This document shows, piece by piece, positions 9,237 to 17,837 of a stretch of 32,000 nt of DNA. This DNA is from Anaerocolumna jejuensis DSM 15929 (GTDB taxonomy: Bacteria > Bacillota > Clostridia > Lachnospirales > Lachnospiraceae). The translations under genes were made by a program, and so were the position numbers. The stretch lies in NCBI RefSeq assembly GCF_900142215.1, contig NZ_FRAC01000011.1:54758-86757 (forward strand), read 5' to 3'. Positions within the stretch are counted from its first letter, which is position 1, and each line of letters starts with the position of its first letter. The notes under the pieces are model-generated. The model saw only the letters and a program-made list of their open reading frames with translations, had not been told where the DNA came from and made no database searches.

Positions 9237-9451
9237 GCATTCAGGCCAAATTTTAGTGCCCCCGTTAGTATAATTTATGACAATCAAATGAAAACCATTC
9301 ATGAAATAAAGACAGCATATTCAGGAAAAGATACAAATGACAGGTTTGGGATTATGTGGTAAAATGAGTGGGAGAAATTTTGCGGAAGTACGCAATGGAA
9401 ATATAAGGCGTAGAGCTATGAACCGGATTTGTAAAAAGGAGGTTTTAATTA

Positions 9452-10057
9452 ATGATGGAAAACAAAGGAGAAATCGTGATTTTTGGTGCTTATCCGCAAA
9501 ACAGTGAAGATGTTTCCGCAAAAGAGCCGATAGAATGGCTTGTGCTTGATAGAAAAGATGATTGTATATTTTGTACCAGCAAGTATTTACTTGACTGTAA
9601 GCCTTATCATAAGGAGCTTGAAAAAGTAACGTGGGCAACATGCACTTTACGGCAGTGGTTAAATGAGGATTTTTACAACCTTGCTTTTACTGCGGAAGAG
9701 CAAAAGCGTATACTTGTTTCAGATGTTAAAAATCCTTGCCAAGCTACTGAAGACCGTATTTTTCTATTAAGCAATAATGAAGCAGAGACCTATTTCGAGC
9801 TTGAAAAACGTTGTGCGAAAACGACAGCTTACACAAGAGCAAAGGGAGCATGGTATCTTTCTGAAGAAAATGATATCTACAATGGTAACGGCTCATGGTG
9901 GCTTCGTTATCCCGAGTATATGGAGGATGAAGATGAGGAGGACGAAACCTATGAAGTATTAAGCTGTGTCAATTTTGACGGTTACATTGAAGCGTATGCA
10001 GATGAGGTAAATGCAGAAAATTGTTCTGTTCGTCCCGCCCTTTGGCTGAAGCTGTAA
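9452..10057 (+). CDS. DUF6273-domain protein with no signal peptide
   Basis: The motif pattern IFGAYPQ...IEWLVLD...LRQWLNEDFYNLAF...DRIFLLSNNEA...WWLR...VRPALWL matches my memory of DUF6273. An acidic tract is present (EYMEDEDEEDETYE). The RBS is AAGGAGG. Confidence 0.6.
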   Translation: MMENKGEIVIFGAYPQNSEDVSAKEPIEWLVLDRKDDCIFCTSKYLLDCKPYHKELEKVTWATCTLRQWLNEDFYNLAFTAEEQKRILVSDVKNPCQATEDRIFLLSNNEAETYFELEKRCAKTTAYTRAKGAWYLSEENDIYNGNGSWWLRYPEYMEDEDEEDETYEVLSCVNFDGYIEAYADEVNAENCSVRPALWLKL

Positions 10058-10155
10058 TTCAAGATTATAATATAGGAAAGTAAAATATATTATAGATGTT
10101 TTATAATAAATTTATGAATTTATACATAAATAGATTAGTAGAAAGGGGAAAATAT

Positions 10156-10662
10156 ATGAAGAAGCTTGTATCTGTGGTAATGGCTACTCTGCTTTTTGCG
10201 GCCCTGCTCACCGCATGTGACAGTAAGGAAAAAGGAACCGCAATAGAAAACTTACCTGCCGATAATAATGAAATCTATGGCTCCGGCAGTATGCCTGAGG
10301 AAAGCACAGTATATATTAATGACCTCCTTTACAGAAAATATGAGCAGGGAGTATCCCTGGAAGAAAACTCTGCCTTAGTAATAGAAAATCCGATGATTGA
10401 AAAGGAAGAGAATGAACAGGTTTCTATTTATGTTATGAATCATAAAAACGGAGAAGTAACAAAGTTAATGGATTATGAAGGCGGAACCATTCAGTTCAGA
10501 GCGGATTCCGACGGTGTATATTCCTTCTTTGCAGTGGCAGAAGACGGCAAGGGTGAAAGCCATATAGAGGATATCACCGCTCAGGCAGGTACTGAGATAG
10601 AGTATCAGAGAGAAGAAAGCGGAATGAGAGAGGTCCGGCTTTGCATGGAAAATCGCAGTTGA
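10156..10662 (+). CDS. Hypothetical small lipoprotein
   Basis: The signal peptide MKKLVSVVMATLLFAALLTAC has lipobox LTAC. The start is ATG 10156 after AAAGGGG. I recognise no family. Confidence 0.6.
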   Translation: MKKLVSVVMATLLFAALLTACDSKEKGTAIENLPADNNEIYGSGSMPEESTVYINDLLYRKYEQGVSLEENSALVIENPMIEKEENEQVSIYVMNHKNGEVTKLMDYEGGTIQFRADSDGVYSFFAVAEDGKGESHIEDITAQAGTEIEYQREESGMREVRLCMENRS

Positions 10663-10744
10663 CAAAATTTGAGCCTGGTGTTATGCTAAAGTTCAATTGA
10701 TGTATGATGTCGAGTTTATTTGACAATACTATATTAATAATTAA

Positions 10745-11035
10745 AGGCTGTGAAAAGAAGAGTAGATAATGTTTTGCGCGGACAGAGAGCCCTTCAGCTG
10801 CTGAGAGAGGGTCACGGAAAAGTTATTGAAGATGGTCTTGGAGCTTCGCACCGAATGGGAGACCTTTAGGCTGCGACGGGAGCACCCGTTATCATGATTA
10901 CCTGTAAGATACTCAATAGAAGAAATCTGATACAGAGTTGGATCGGCAGGGAAGAGGGCCTTATCAGGGCTGAATTAAAGTGGTACCACGGGAGCATGTT
11001 CTCGTCTTTAAATAAGGCGGGGGCTTTTTTTAGTT
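10745..11035 (+). promoter_or_regulatory. T-box leader (Met specifier AUG) controlling metG
   Basis: Stem I elements are present: AGTAG and TGAAG flank the specifier, with an AGAGAG motif and a distal GCTGAGAGAG. The AUG specifier sits at 10832-10834. The T-box sequence AAAGTGGTACCACGGGAG lies at ~10977-10994, and a T7 run at ~11025-11031. Confidence 0.8.
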
Positions 11036-11144
11036 TATAGGAACACATAACCCGGGAAGGAAATCTATTGAAACAAGCAGTTCAATCACCTGAATTTTAT
11101 TGTTAAAATGCAGGATTAATAAAATTACAGCAGGAGGCATATTT

Positions 11145-13136
11145 ATGTGTAATTGTAAAAAACCTTATTATATCACTACTGCCATTGCCTATACCTCGGG
11201 GAAACCCCATATTGGCAACACCTATGAGATCGTATTGGCAGACAGCATTGCAAGATTTAAAAGACAGCAGGGCTTCGATGTATTTTTCCAGACAGGCACC
11301 GACGAGCACGGCCAGAAGATTGAGAATAAGGCAGAGGCAGCAGGAATTACCCCAAAGGAATTTGTAGACGGAGTAGCCGGACAGATTAAGGATATCTGGG
11401 ATCTGATGAACACCTCATATGATAAATTTGTCCGTACCACGGATACTTATCATGAGGAACAGGTTCAGAAAATCTTTCAGAAGCTTTATGAAAAGGGAGA
11501 TATCTATAAGGGCTTTTATGAGGGACTTTACTGTACTCCCTGCGAATCCTTCTTTACTCCTTCCCAGCTTGTGGATGGCAAATGTCCCGACTGCGGCGGT
11601 GAGGTGCAGCCTGCCAAAGAAGAGGCTTATTTCTTAAAATTGAGCAATTATACCGACAGGCTTATTGAGCATATTAAGGCACATCCTGAGTTTATCCAGC
11701 CGGAGAGCAGAAAGAATGAAATGATGAACAATTTCCTTCTTCCGGGCCTTTCCGACCTTTGCGTTTCCAGAACCTCATTTAAATGGGGAATACCCGTTAA
11801 TTTTGACAGCAAGCATGTGGTTTATGTATGGCTGGATGCGCTAAGCAACTATATTACCGGCCTTGGCTATGACGTAGACGGCAATCACGGAGAAAAGTAT
11901 AACAAATACTGGCCTGCCGACCTCCATCTGATTGGCAAGGATATTTTAAGATTCCATACCATTTATTGGCCTATTATGCTGATGGCTCTTGATATCCCCC
12001 TTCCGAAGCAGGTATTCGGCCATCCATGGTTATTGCAGGGAGAAGGCAAGATGAGCAAATCCAAGGGAAATGTACTCTATGCCGATGAGCTGGTTTCCTA
12101 TTTCGGTGTGGATGCAGTCAGGTATTTTGTTCTTCATGAGATGCCTTTTGACAACGACGGTGTTATTACCTGGGAGTTAATGGTGGAAAGAATGAATTCT
12201 GACCTTGCCAATACTCTTGGAAATCTTGTAAACAGAACAATTTCCATGTCCAATAAGTATTTTGACGGTGTTGTAAGAAATGCAGGAGTAAAGGAGCCGG
12301 TAGACGAAGAATTAAAAGAACTGGCTGTTAAGACCTGCGACAAGGTAGTGGCAAAGATGGAGCAGTTAAGAGTAGCAGATGCCCTGACAGAAATCTTTAC
12401 CCTGTTTAAACGCTGCAATAAGTACATTGATGAGACCATGCCCTGGGCCCTGGCTAAGGAAGAGAATAAAAAGGAAAGGCTTGAGACCGTTCTTTACAAC
12501 CTGGTAGAGAGTATTACCATTGGTGCCAGCCTCTTAAAGTCCTTTATGCCGGAAACCTCAGAAAGAATTCTTGCCCAGTTAAATACGGACTTAAGAGAAA
12601 TTGTTGCCTTAAAGGAATTTGGTTTATATCCTGACGGAAACAAGGTTACAAAAACCCCTGAGATTTTATTTGCAAGGCTTGATATGAAGGAGGTCCTTGA
12701 GAAAGTAGAAGCACAGAAAGCTGCCGAAAAGGTTGCAGAAAGTGTCGGGGAAGAAACGAAAGAGCAGGAAAGCGGTAAGAAGGAAGCAGTAATTGACCTT
12801 CCGGCCAAAGACGAGATTACGTATAATGATTTTGTCAAAATGCAGTTTCAGGTAGGTGAAATTATTGCCTGCGAAGAGGTTCCAAAGTCCAAGAAGCTGC
12901 TTTGCTCCAAGGTAAAAATCGGAAGCCAGGTAAAGCAGATTGTATCCGGCATTAAGGCATACTACACACCGGAACAGATGGTGGGAAAAAAGGTTATGGT
13001 ATTAGTTAACCTAAAACCCGCTAAGCTTGCTGGAATCCTCTCAGAAGGAATGCTTCTTTGTGCGGAGGATGAGAACGGAGACCTTGCTTTAATGGTACCG
13101 GAAAAGGACATGACACCAGGAGCGGAAATTTGCTAA
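11145..13136 (+). CDS. metG: Methionine--tRNA ligase with C-terminal tRNA-binding (EMAP/Trbp111-like) domain
   Basis: It has the HIGH-type motif (KPHIGN), KMSKS (12049-12063), the zinc knuckle CTPCESF...CPDCGG and a C-terminal OB-fold tRNA-binding domain. The start is ATG 11145, 8 nt after AGGAGG. Confidence 0.95.
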   Translation: MCNCKKPYYITTAIAYTSGKPHIGNTYEIVLADSIARFKRQQGFDVFFQTGTDEHGQKIENKAEAAGITPKEFVDGVAGQIKDIWDLMNTSYDKFVRTTDTYHEEQVQKIFQKLYEKGDIYKGFYEGLYCTPCESFFTPSQLVDGKCPDCGGEVQPAKEEAYFLKLSNYTDRLIEHIKAHPEFIQPESRKNEMMNNFLLPGLSDLCVSRTSFKWGIPVNFDSKHVVYVWLDALSNYITGLGYDVDGNHGEKYNKYWPADLHLIGKDILRFHTIYWPIMLMALDIPLPKQVFGHPWLLQGEGKMSKSKGNVLYADELVSYFGVDAVRYFVLHEMPFDNDGVITWELMVERMNSDLANTLGNLVNRTISMSNKYFDGVVRNAGVKEPVDEELKELAVKTCDKVVAKMEQLRVADALTEIFTLFKRCNKYIDETMPWALAKEENKKERLETVLYNLVESITIGASLLKSFMPETSERILAQLNTDLREIVALKEFGLYPDGNKVTKTPEILFARLDMKEVLEKVEAQKAAEKVAESVGEETKEQESGKKEAVIDLPAKDEITYNDFVKMQFQVGEIIACEEVPKSKKLLCSKVKIGSQVKQIVSGIKAYYTPEQMVGKKVMVLVNLKPAKLAGILSEGMLLCAEDENGDLALMVPEKDMTPGAEIC

Positions 13137-13170
13137 AGACAGGGAATTTAAGCATTATAATATAATCAGA

Positions 13171-13200
13171 AAGAAAGCGGCCGAAGAAGCCGCTTTCTTT
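13171..13200. terminator. Terminator hairpin shared by metG and the convergent glutaminase-like gene
   Basis: AAGAAAGCGGC pairs with GCCGCTTTCTT across a 7-nt loop, with T/A runs on both sides. Confidence 0.8.
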
Positions 13201-13212
13201 TAGTCTTACAGC

Positions 13213-15234
13213 CTATACAGTCATATCCCGCAGGAGCTTGATAAATATGCCGCCAAGCACCGAGCGGTTCTGAAAGCCTATCTGACGTCCGGTGACTGTG
13301 TCATACCAGTCGGTAAAGGGAACACGGCTGTTGGTTTCACAAAGAGAGCACCAAATCGAATGAATAATTTCCTCAAATAATTCCTTTGAATTGCAAAGGG
13401 TAGCCACCCATACCATCCAGTCCGTCTTGGTGTAGGTGTTCCGGGAATCCAGGGGGAGTCCGTACTGGTTCATTTGCTTTTTATAATAACTGGCTTCTTT
13501 TTCAATAATATCCTTTGAAAAAACATTTAACCCAAGCAATTCGTCCCATACCATATTATACTTCATACTCCAGGTTCCGGCAGCAGTAAAGGTCAGCTTA
13601 TAATGATCCTCTTCCACACTTTTCTGCTCCCACTGGGCAGCCATCTCTTTGGCCAGGTGCAGATATTCGTCAGCCAGATCAATTTTCCCCAGCATTCTGC
13701 TCATTTTGGAAAAGGCAGCAATGGCAACAATGGCTTTTATGGAAAGGTTTGCGTTATGTGCCAGATGTCCGGCAAAGTCGTCAGTACAGAGCTGGTTTTC
13801 AGGGTCCAGTCCATTTTCCTTCAGATATTCGGCCCACTTGCTCAGAAGAGCCCAGTTCTGGGAAGCAAAATCCGCATTTCCATCCTGTATACTTACGGCT
13901 GCGGACATTATCAGCATATTGCCGCATTCTTCCACCGGCATCTGATATTTGAGAAGCAGCTTTCCATCCTCCATGCCGTATACCTGACCGTTTGCCTTGG
14001 GATAACATCCGGCATCGTGGGGAGCAAAATCAAAGGGCCAGGCTTCAGCAGCGGTGTATTGAAAGATGGGGCGCATCATACCCTTTACCAGCTCCGTATT
14101 ATATAACAGAAACAAGGGAATGGAAGGGTAGCTGACATCTACCGTAGCCATACAGCCATTGCTGAAATTTTCCTTGGAGAAAAATAAAATATTCCCCTCC
14201 TGGTCCGCTGCAAGCTTATGGGCTGCAATTGCCTGGCGGTATGCCAGGGACAGTAAGTCATAATACCGTTCACCGCCGGCTGCAAGAGCGTCCTTTTTCA
14301 AAGTATCATTAAAATGACTGCATTTTTCCATTACATCACAGTACTCCAGGATGCTGCTCCTGAGCATATCGTCAAAGCTTGAGAAAGTGCGGGTCCAGTA
14401 CCCGGGGAGCTTCTGGTTAAAATATTCCACGGAATAAATATCCTCGTAAGCCAGTACCAGATAGGAAGATACCGGTTTTTCCGGTGTGACGGTTCCGAAA
14501 TCGGTTGAGCTGGCAAGGACAGGCCATGCTTCCCTAACAGGGGCGGACGGATGCGGCAGGTCTTCCCCTGCTATGCTGCCGGTCGTTATAAAAGTCTTCC
14601 TTAACCCGGAATCACCGGTACGGACAACAGAGCCAGGAGCCTTCCTGGCAGCCAGATTCACAAATCCCCAGTCTATACGCAGGTCGTCCCCGGTACGGTT
14701 TAATATGTTCTGTTCTGTGGTTCCGGCAGATACACATGTGATATCACTGCCAAGGCTCCTGCTGCCTGTTTGGACCTCCTGGCTGGTAGTATTCACGCAC
14801 CACTCTGCCGTGATATCAAAATAAATGCTGAGGCTGTGGCTCTTTCCATCGGCGGAGGCAGCTTTAAAGGTGATATAGGAGGCAGGCCTTGCCAGAAGGT
14901 CAAGATTATCCATTAAAAGAGGGGTCGTAAAATCAGCAGTCAGCTCGATACCTCCCTCGGAAAAGGTGTATATACTGGAAAGTGGTTTGATTTCCAGATT
15001 TGTCTGCTTCATGGGGGGACAGTCAGGATATTCGGATTGCCCGGCACTGGGGGGAAGCTTTCCGGCAAATAAAAATGGATTACCGTCCACTAAAATAATT
15101 CCGGTCATGGAATTTTTAGCTCCGGTCCAGTGGCGGGTATAGTCTCCGTTTAACTGGTCGGCCATGGACCATACATTGAAATAGGGATCCACCGTAACCA
15201 GGGGAACTGCAGGTGCTCTGAATTGAGTATTCAT
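13213..15234 (-). CDS. Glutaminase-A-like / DUF4964-DUF5127-DUF4965-DUF1793 family protein (probable (alpha/alpha)6 glycoside-hydrolase-like enzyme)
   Basis: The N-terminus FRAPAVPLVTVDPYFNVWS is characteristic of this family, and the 673-aa length fits. There is no signal peptide. The start is ATG 15234 after AAAGGAGA. Confidence 0.6.
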   Translation of the reverse strand: MNTQFRAPAVPLVTVDPYFNVWSMADQLNGDYTRHWTGAKNSMTGIILVDGNPFLFAGKLPPSAGQSEYPDCPPMKQTNLEIKPLSSIYTFSEGGIELTADFTTPLLMDNLDLLARPASYITFKAASADGKSHSLSIYFDITAEWCVNTTSQEVQTGSRSLGSDITCVSAGTTEQNILNRTGDDLRIDWGFVNLAARKAPGSVVRTGDSGLRKTFITTGSIAGEDLPHPSAPVREAWPVLASSTDFGTVTPEKPVSSYLVLAYEDIYSVEYFNQKLPGYWTRTFSSFDDMLRSSILEYCDVMEKCSHFNDTLKKDALAAGGERYYDLLSLAYRQAIAAHKLAADQEGNILFFSKENFSNGCMATVDVSYPSIPLFLLYNTELVKGMMRPIFQYTAAEAWPFDFAPHDAGCYPKANGQVYGMEDGKLLLKYQMPVEECGNMLIMSAAVSIQDGNADFASQNWALLSKWAEYLKENGLDPENQLCTDDFAGHLAHNANLSIKAIVAIAAFSKMSRMLGKIDLADEYLHLAKEMAAQWEQKSVEEDHYKLTFTAAGTWSMKYNMVWDELLGLNVFSKDIIEKEASYYKKQMNQYGLPLDSRNTYTKTDWMVWVATLCNSKELFEEIIHSIWCSLCETNSRVPFTDWYDTVTGRQIGFQNRSVLGGIFIKLLRDMTV

Positions 15235-15289
15235 AGTATTCTCCTTTAACATAACTTGTAAGTTAATTAAATAACTAAAATGTAACTTT

Positions 15290-15318
15290 AGTATAAAAAA
15301 TACGGTTTCAATTGTCAA
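15290..15318 (-). promoter_or_regulatory. Candidate promoter of the glutaminase-like gene (TTGACA-17-TATACT)
   Basis: The reverse complement reads TTGACA (15318-15313), a 17-nt spacer and TATACT (15295-15290). Confidence 0.55.
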
Positions 15319-15417
15319 TAAAAACTTTTGACTTTATAGTGAAATATGCCGTATTTAAAATGTTAAAAAGATTAAATTCTGACAATAGGCTGAAATAGTA
15401 AGCCTGCGGAAGATTTC

Positions 15418-15446
15418 TTGACTTATTAACTATTTAGTTATACAAT
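15418..15446 (+). promoter_or_regulatory. Candidate promoter of the ArsR-type regulator gene (TTGACT-17-TACAAT)
   Basis: TTGACT lies at 15418-15423, then a 17-nt spacer, then TACAAT at 15441-15446. No other -35-like hexamer is possible downstream because the region lacks TT. Confidence 0.55.
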
Positions 15447-15480
15447 AAGGATACAAAAAGGTTATTAAATGAGCATATAA

Positions 15481-15620
15481 AAGTAAAAACAGAGTATGAA
15501 AGAACAGTAAAACAGAGCATAAAAAACAGTAAAACAGAGCATAAAAAACAGTAAAACAGAGCATAAAAGAACAGTAAAACAGTGTATAAAAGAAAAGATA
15601 AAAGAGTGGTAAAAGAACAG
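15481..15620 (+). repeat. Tandem array of a 22/23-nt unit ACAGTAAAACAGAGCATAAAAA (about 5 copies plus a degenerate tail)
   Basis: Identical copies lie at 15504-15525 and 15526-15547. Variants lie at 15548-15570, 15571-15593 and 15481-15503. Confidence 0.9.
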
Positions 15621-15660
15621 AACAAGAATAGAAAATGAAAAAGCAGCCAGTGAGGATTTT

Positions 15661-16575
15661 ATGAATATAGAAGTGAGCACAGATAATATAAAATTTTTTG
15701 AAGCCCTTTCTTCAGCAACCCGCATCCGTATTCTGGAGATGCTGGCTGGCGGAGCTATGAATGTGAAAGAAATTGCCGGAGCCCTGGAGCTGTCCTCTGC
15801 CATAGTAACCAGGCATGTCCAGCAGCTGGAGGAGGCCGGGATAATCAAATGTGAGAATGCTTCCGGTATCCGCGGTATCCAGAAAATATGCAATCTGGAT
15901 TTGGACCAGGCAGTGTTGTTCTTCCGGCCAAGGGGTAAGCAGAACAGCACCATTACACATTCCATCCCAATTGGGCTGTATCACTCCTACAGCATTACTC
16001 CCACCTGCGGGTTATCCTCAGACACCAGAATCATCGGTCTCCTGGATGATCCAAGGTATTTTGCTGACCCTGAGCATACGAAAGCAAATATTCTTTGGTT
16101 TGGAAGCGGCTGGGTGGAATACCGGCTTCCCAATTACCTGCTGGGAAACCAGGAGGCCAGGTATATAGAGATTTCCATGGAAATTTGTTCGGAAGCCCCC
16201 GGCTATAATGATAACTGGCCTTCCGACATCAGTTTTTTTATCAATGGGATTGAAATCGGGATGTGGACTTCCCCAGGGGACTTTGGCAGCAGCAAAGGAG
16301 TGTTTACACCTGATTGGTGGAACCATGGAACCCAGCACGGCTTATTAAAGACACTGTTAGTCAGTACGGAAGGAAGCTATATGGACGGTATCAGAATCTC
16401 GGATATTACCATAGGCCGGCTTGGGATAAGCTACGGGCAGGATATCGTATTTAGGATTGCAAATTCAGAAACCTCCGGAAATGTAGGAGGGGTCACGATT
16501 TTTGGTAAAAATTTTGGAAACTATAATCAGGATATTAATGTCACAATAGATTACCTGAATAAGGCCAAAGCATAA
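15661..16575 (+). CDS. ArsR-family HTH regulator with ~200-aa C-terminal domain of unknown function (COG4189-like)
   Basis: The N-terminal winged helix FEALSSATRIRILEMLAGGAMNVKEIAGALELSSAIVTRHVQQLEEAGII is ArsR-like. The C-terminal domain contains WPSDISFFINGIEIGMWTSPGDFG. The gene is divergent from the glutaminase-like gene. Confidence 0.75.
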   Translation: MNIEVSTDNIKFFEALSSATRIRILEMLAGGAMNVKEIAGALELSSAIVTRHVQQLEEAGIIKCENASGIRGIQKICNLDLDQAVLFFRPRGKQNSTITHSIPIGLYHSYSITPTCGLSSDTRIIGLLDDPRYFADPEHTKANILWFGSGWVEYRLPNYLLGNQEARYIEISMEICSEAPGYNDNWPSDISFFINGIEIGMWTSPGDFGSSKGVFTPDWWNHGTQHGLLKTLLVSTEGSYMDGIRISDITIGRLGISYGQDIVFRIANSETSGNVGGVTIFGKNFGNYNQDINVTIDYLNKAKA

Positions 16576-16647
16576 GATTGATTAGTTTTAAGCTATATGT
16601 TAGTAATTTAGTATAGTAACAGAGTATTGTATTTCATTTAAATTTAA

Positions 16648-16698
16648 AAGAGGCAGTTTGGCTATACATCTTAAAAAATATAGCACAAGCTGCTTCTT
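16648..16698. terminator. Long compound hairpin between the convergent regulator gene and cotJC
   Basis: AAGAGGCAGTTTGGCTATA pairs with TATAGCACAAGCTGCTTCTT (~20 bp, one bulge, G-U pairs). An A/T-rich flank follows on the minus-strand side. Confidence 0.55.
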
Positions 16699-16738
16699 CT
16701 AATTAAATATTAGGGTCGTTCTAAATGGGTTTAGCAAA

Positions 16739-17344
16739 TTAAGACATAATTTTATCCAGCTCTGGATTCATCGCGTAGAAGTCCTTTGCATCCAAGTGCT
16801 CCTGGACTCTTACCAGTGCTTCACCGAAACGCTGGAAGTGGATGACCTCCCTTTCCCTTAAAAAGCGGATAGGCTCTACGATTTCAGGGTCAGTAACCAG
16901 GCGTAGGATATTGTCGTAGGTGGTTCTTGCTTTCTGCTCTGCTGCCAGGTCTTCTGTCAAGTCGGTCAAAGCATCGCCTTTAGACTGGAAAAAGCAGGAA
17001 TTAAAGGGGATTCCACCGGCTGCCTGGGGCCAGAGGCCGGTGGTATGGTCGATATAATAAGCATCAAAGCCACTGGTCTTTAACTGCTCTGCCGTCAGAT
17101 TCTTCGTCAGCTGATACACGATGGCGCTGATGATTTCCATATGGGCCAGCTCTTCTGTACCGATGTCGGTAAGCAGGCCTGTTATTTCCTTGTAAGGCAT
17201 GGAATAACGCTGGGAGAGATAACGCATGGAAGCAGCCAGCTCTCCGTCAGGTCCGCCGAACTGGCTGATAATAAGCTGTGCCATCTTTGGATCTGGGGTT
17301 GAGATTTTTACCGGAAACTGTAATCTTCTTTCATAGGTCCACAT
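16739..17344 (-). CDS. cotJC: Spore coat protein CotJC (manganese-catalase family)
   Basis: MWTYERRLQFPVKISTPDPKMAQLIISQFGGPDGELAASMRYLSQRY and the EELAHMEII di-metal motif identify it. The start is ATG 17344, directly after the cotJB stop. Confidence 0.9.
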   Translation of the reverse strand: MWTYERRLQFPVKISTPDPKMAQLIISQFGGPDGELAASMRYLSQRYSMPYKEITGLLTDIGTEELAHMEIISAIVYQLTKNLTAEQLKTSGFDAYYIDHTTGLWPQAAGGIPFNSCFFQSKGDALTDLTEDLAAEQKARTTYDNILRLVTDPEIVEPIRFLREREVIHFQRFGEALVRVQEHLDAKDFYAMNPELDKIMS

Positions 17345-17346
17345 TC

Positions 17347-17601
17347 TTACACTGCTCCTTCCCATGGCCATGGGCAATGAACCCAGTTCCACATTGTATT
17401 TTCTTTTACCCGGTACTGCTCAATGGGGCCATAGGCAGTCTCGTATTCGGATAGTGCTTTTTCCCTTTCACTCCTATACCTTTCATAATAAGCAAGGGCA
17501 TCCTTGTCAAAGGGATGAGTATCCAAAAATAAGCGTACTTCGTCCAGGACAAAGCTCACTTCCTGAAGTTTTTTCATTGCTTCGCATTTTCCTTCTTTCA
17601 T
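17347..17601 (-). CDS. cotJB: Spore coat protein CotJB
   Basis: LQEVSFVLDEVRLFLDTHPFDKDALAYYERY is CotJB-typical. The ATG overlaps the cotJA stop (ATGA) and is preceded by AGGAGG. Confidence 0.88.
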   Translation of the reverse strand: MKEGKCEAMKKLQEVSFVLDEVRLFLDTHPFDKDALAYYERYRSEREKALSEYETAYGPIEQYRVKENTMWNWVHCPWPWEGAV

Positions 17602-17837
17602 AGCAAGGCACCTCCTGTTCCGTAAAAGGGCAGGTCATATTCCTGAAAGATGGTACCGGCCTGAAACCCTTGCTTGGGATCATATAAATCCTTAAAACAC
17701 TGCTTCTTTATTGTCACCATAGCAAGAGGCATCGTAACAGGTGCATCGGGACCCTGGTTGTCACAGGGCAGGGAGGGAATACCTTCGTTAGGCGTATCTT
17801 TTGGCATAACCGTGTAATTAGCCTGTGCGATGTTCAT
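17598..17837 (-). CDS. cotJA: Spore coat-associated protein CotJA
   Basis: MPLAMVTIKKQCFKDLYDPKQGFQAGTIFQEYDLPFYG is CotJA-like. The start is ATG 17837, 8 nt after AAAGGAG. Confidence 0.85.
   Translation of the reverse strand: MNIAQANYTVMPKDTPNEGIPSLPCDNQGPDAPVTMPLAMVTIKKQCFKDLYDPKQGFQAGTIFQEYDLPFYGTGGALL

Noticed and set aside
7351-9362. Plus-strand ORFs 7351-7581, 8925-9362 and 8998-9183, and the 5' extension of the DUF885 ORF to 9302
   Set aside because: The ORFs are antisense or overlapping shadows. The DUF885 protein clearly starts at the lipoprotein signal peptide (ATG 9155 with an RBS).
10720-10725. TTGACA hexamer as the -35 of the T-box/metG promoter
   Set aside because: No acceptable -10 hexamer lies 16-18 nt downstream, so the promoter is left unassigned.
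13603-14824. Several plus-strand ORFs (167, 98, 67 and 112 aa) inside the glutaminase-like gene
   Set aside because: They are antisense shadows of a 673-aa CDS with family-typical motifs. I recognised no motifs or RBSs in them.
15481-15620. Possibility that either tandem array (here or at 24655-24830) is a CRISPR array
   Set aside because: The units are directly adjacent with no unique spacers and are only 16-23 nt long. No cas genes or leader are present.
15434-15965. Minus-strand ORFs (63 and 166 aa) across the 22-nt array and the start of the ArsR-type gene
   Set aside because: This is the same composition artefact. The longer ORF overlaps the ArsR HTH coding region on the opposite strand.
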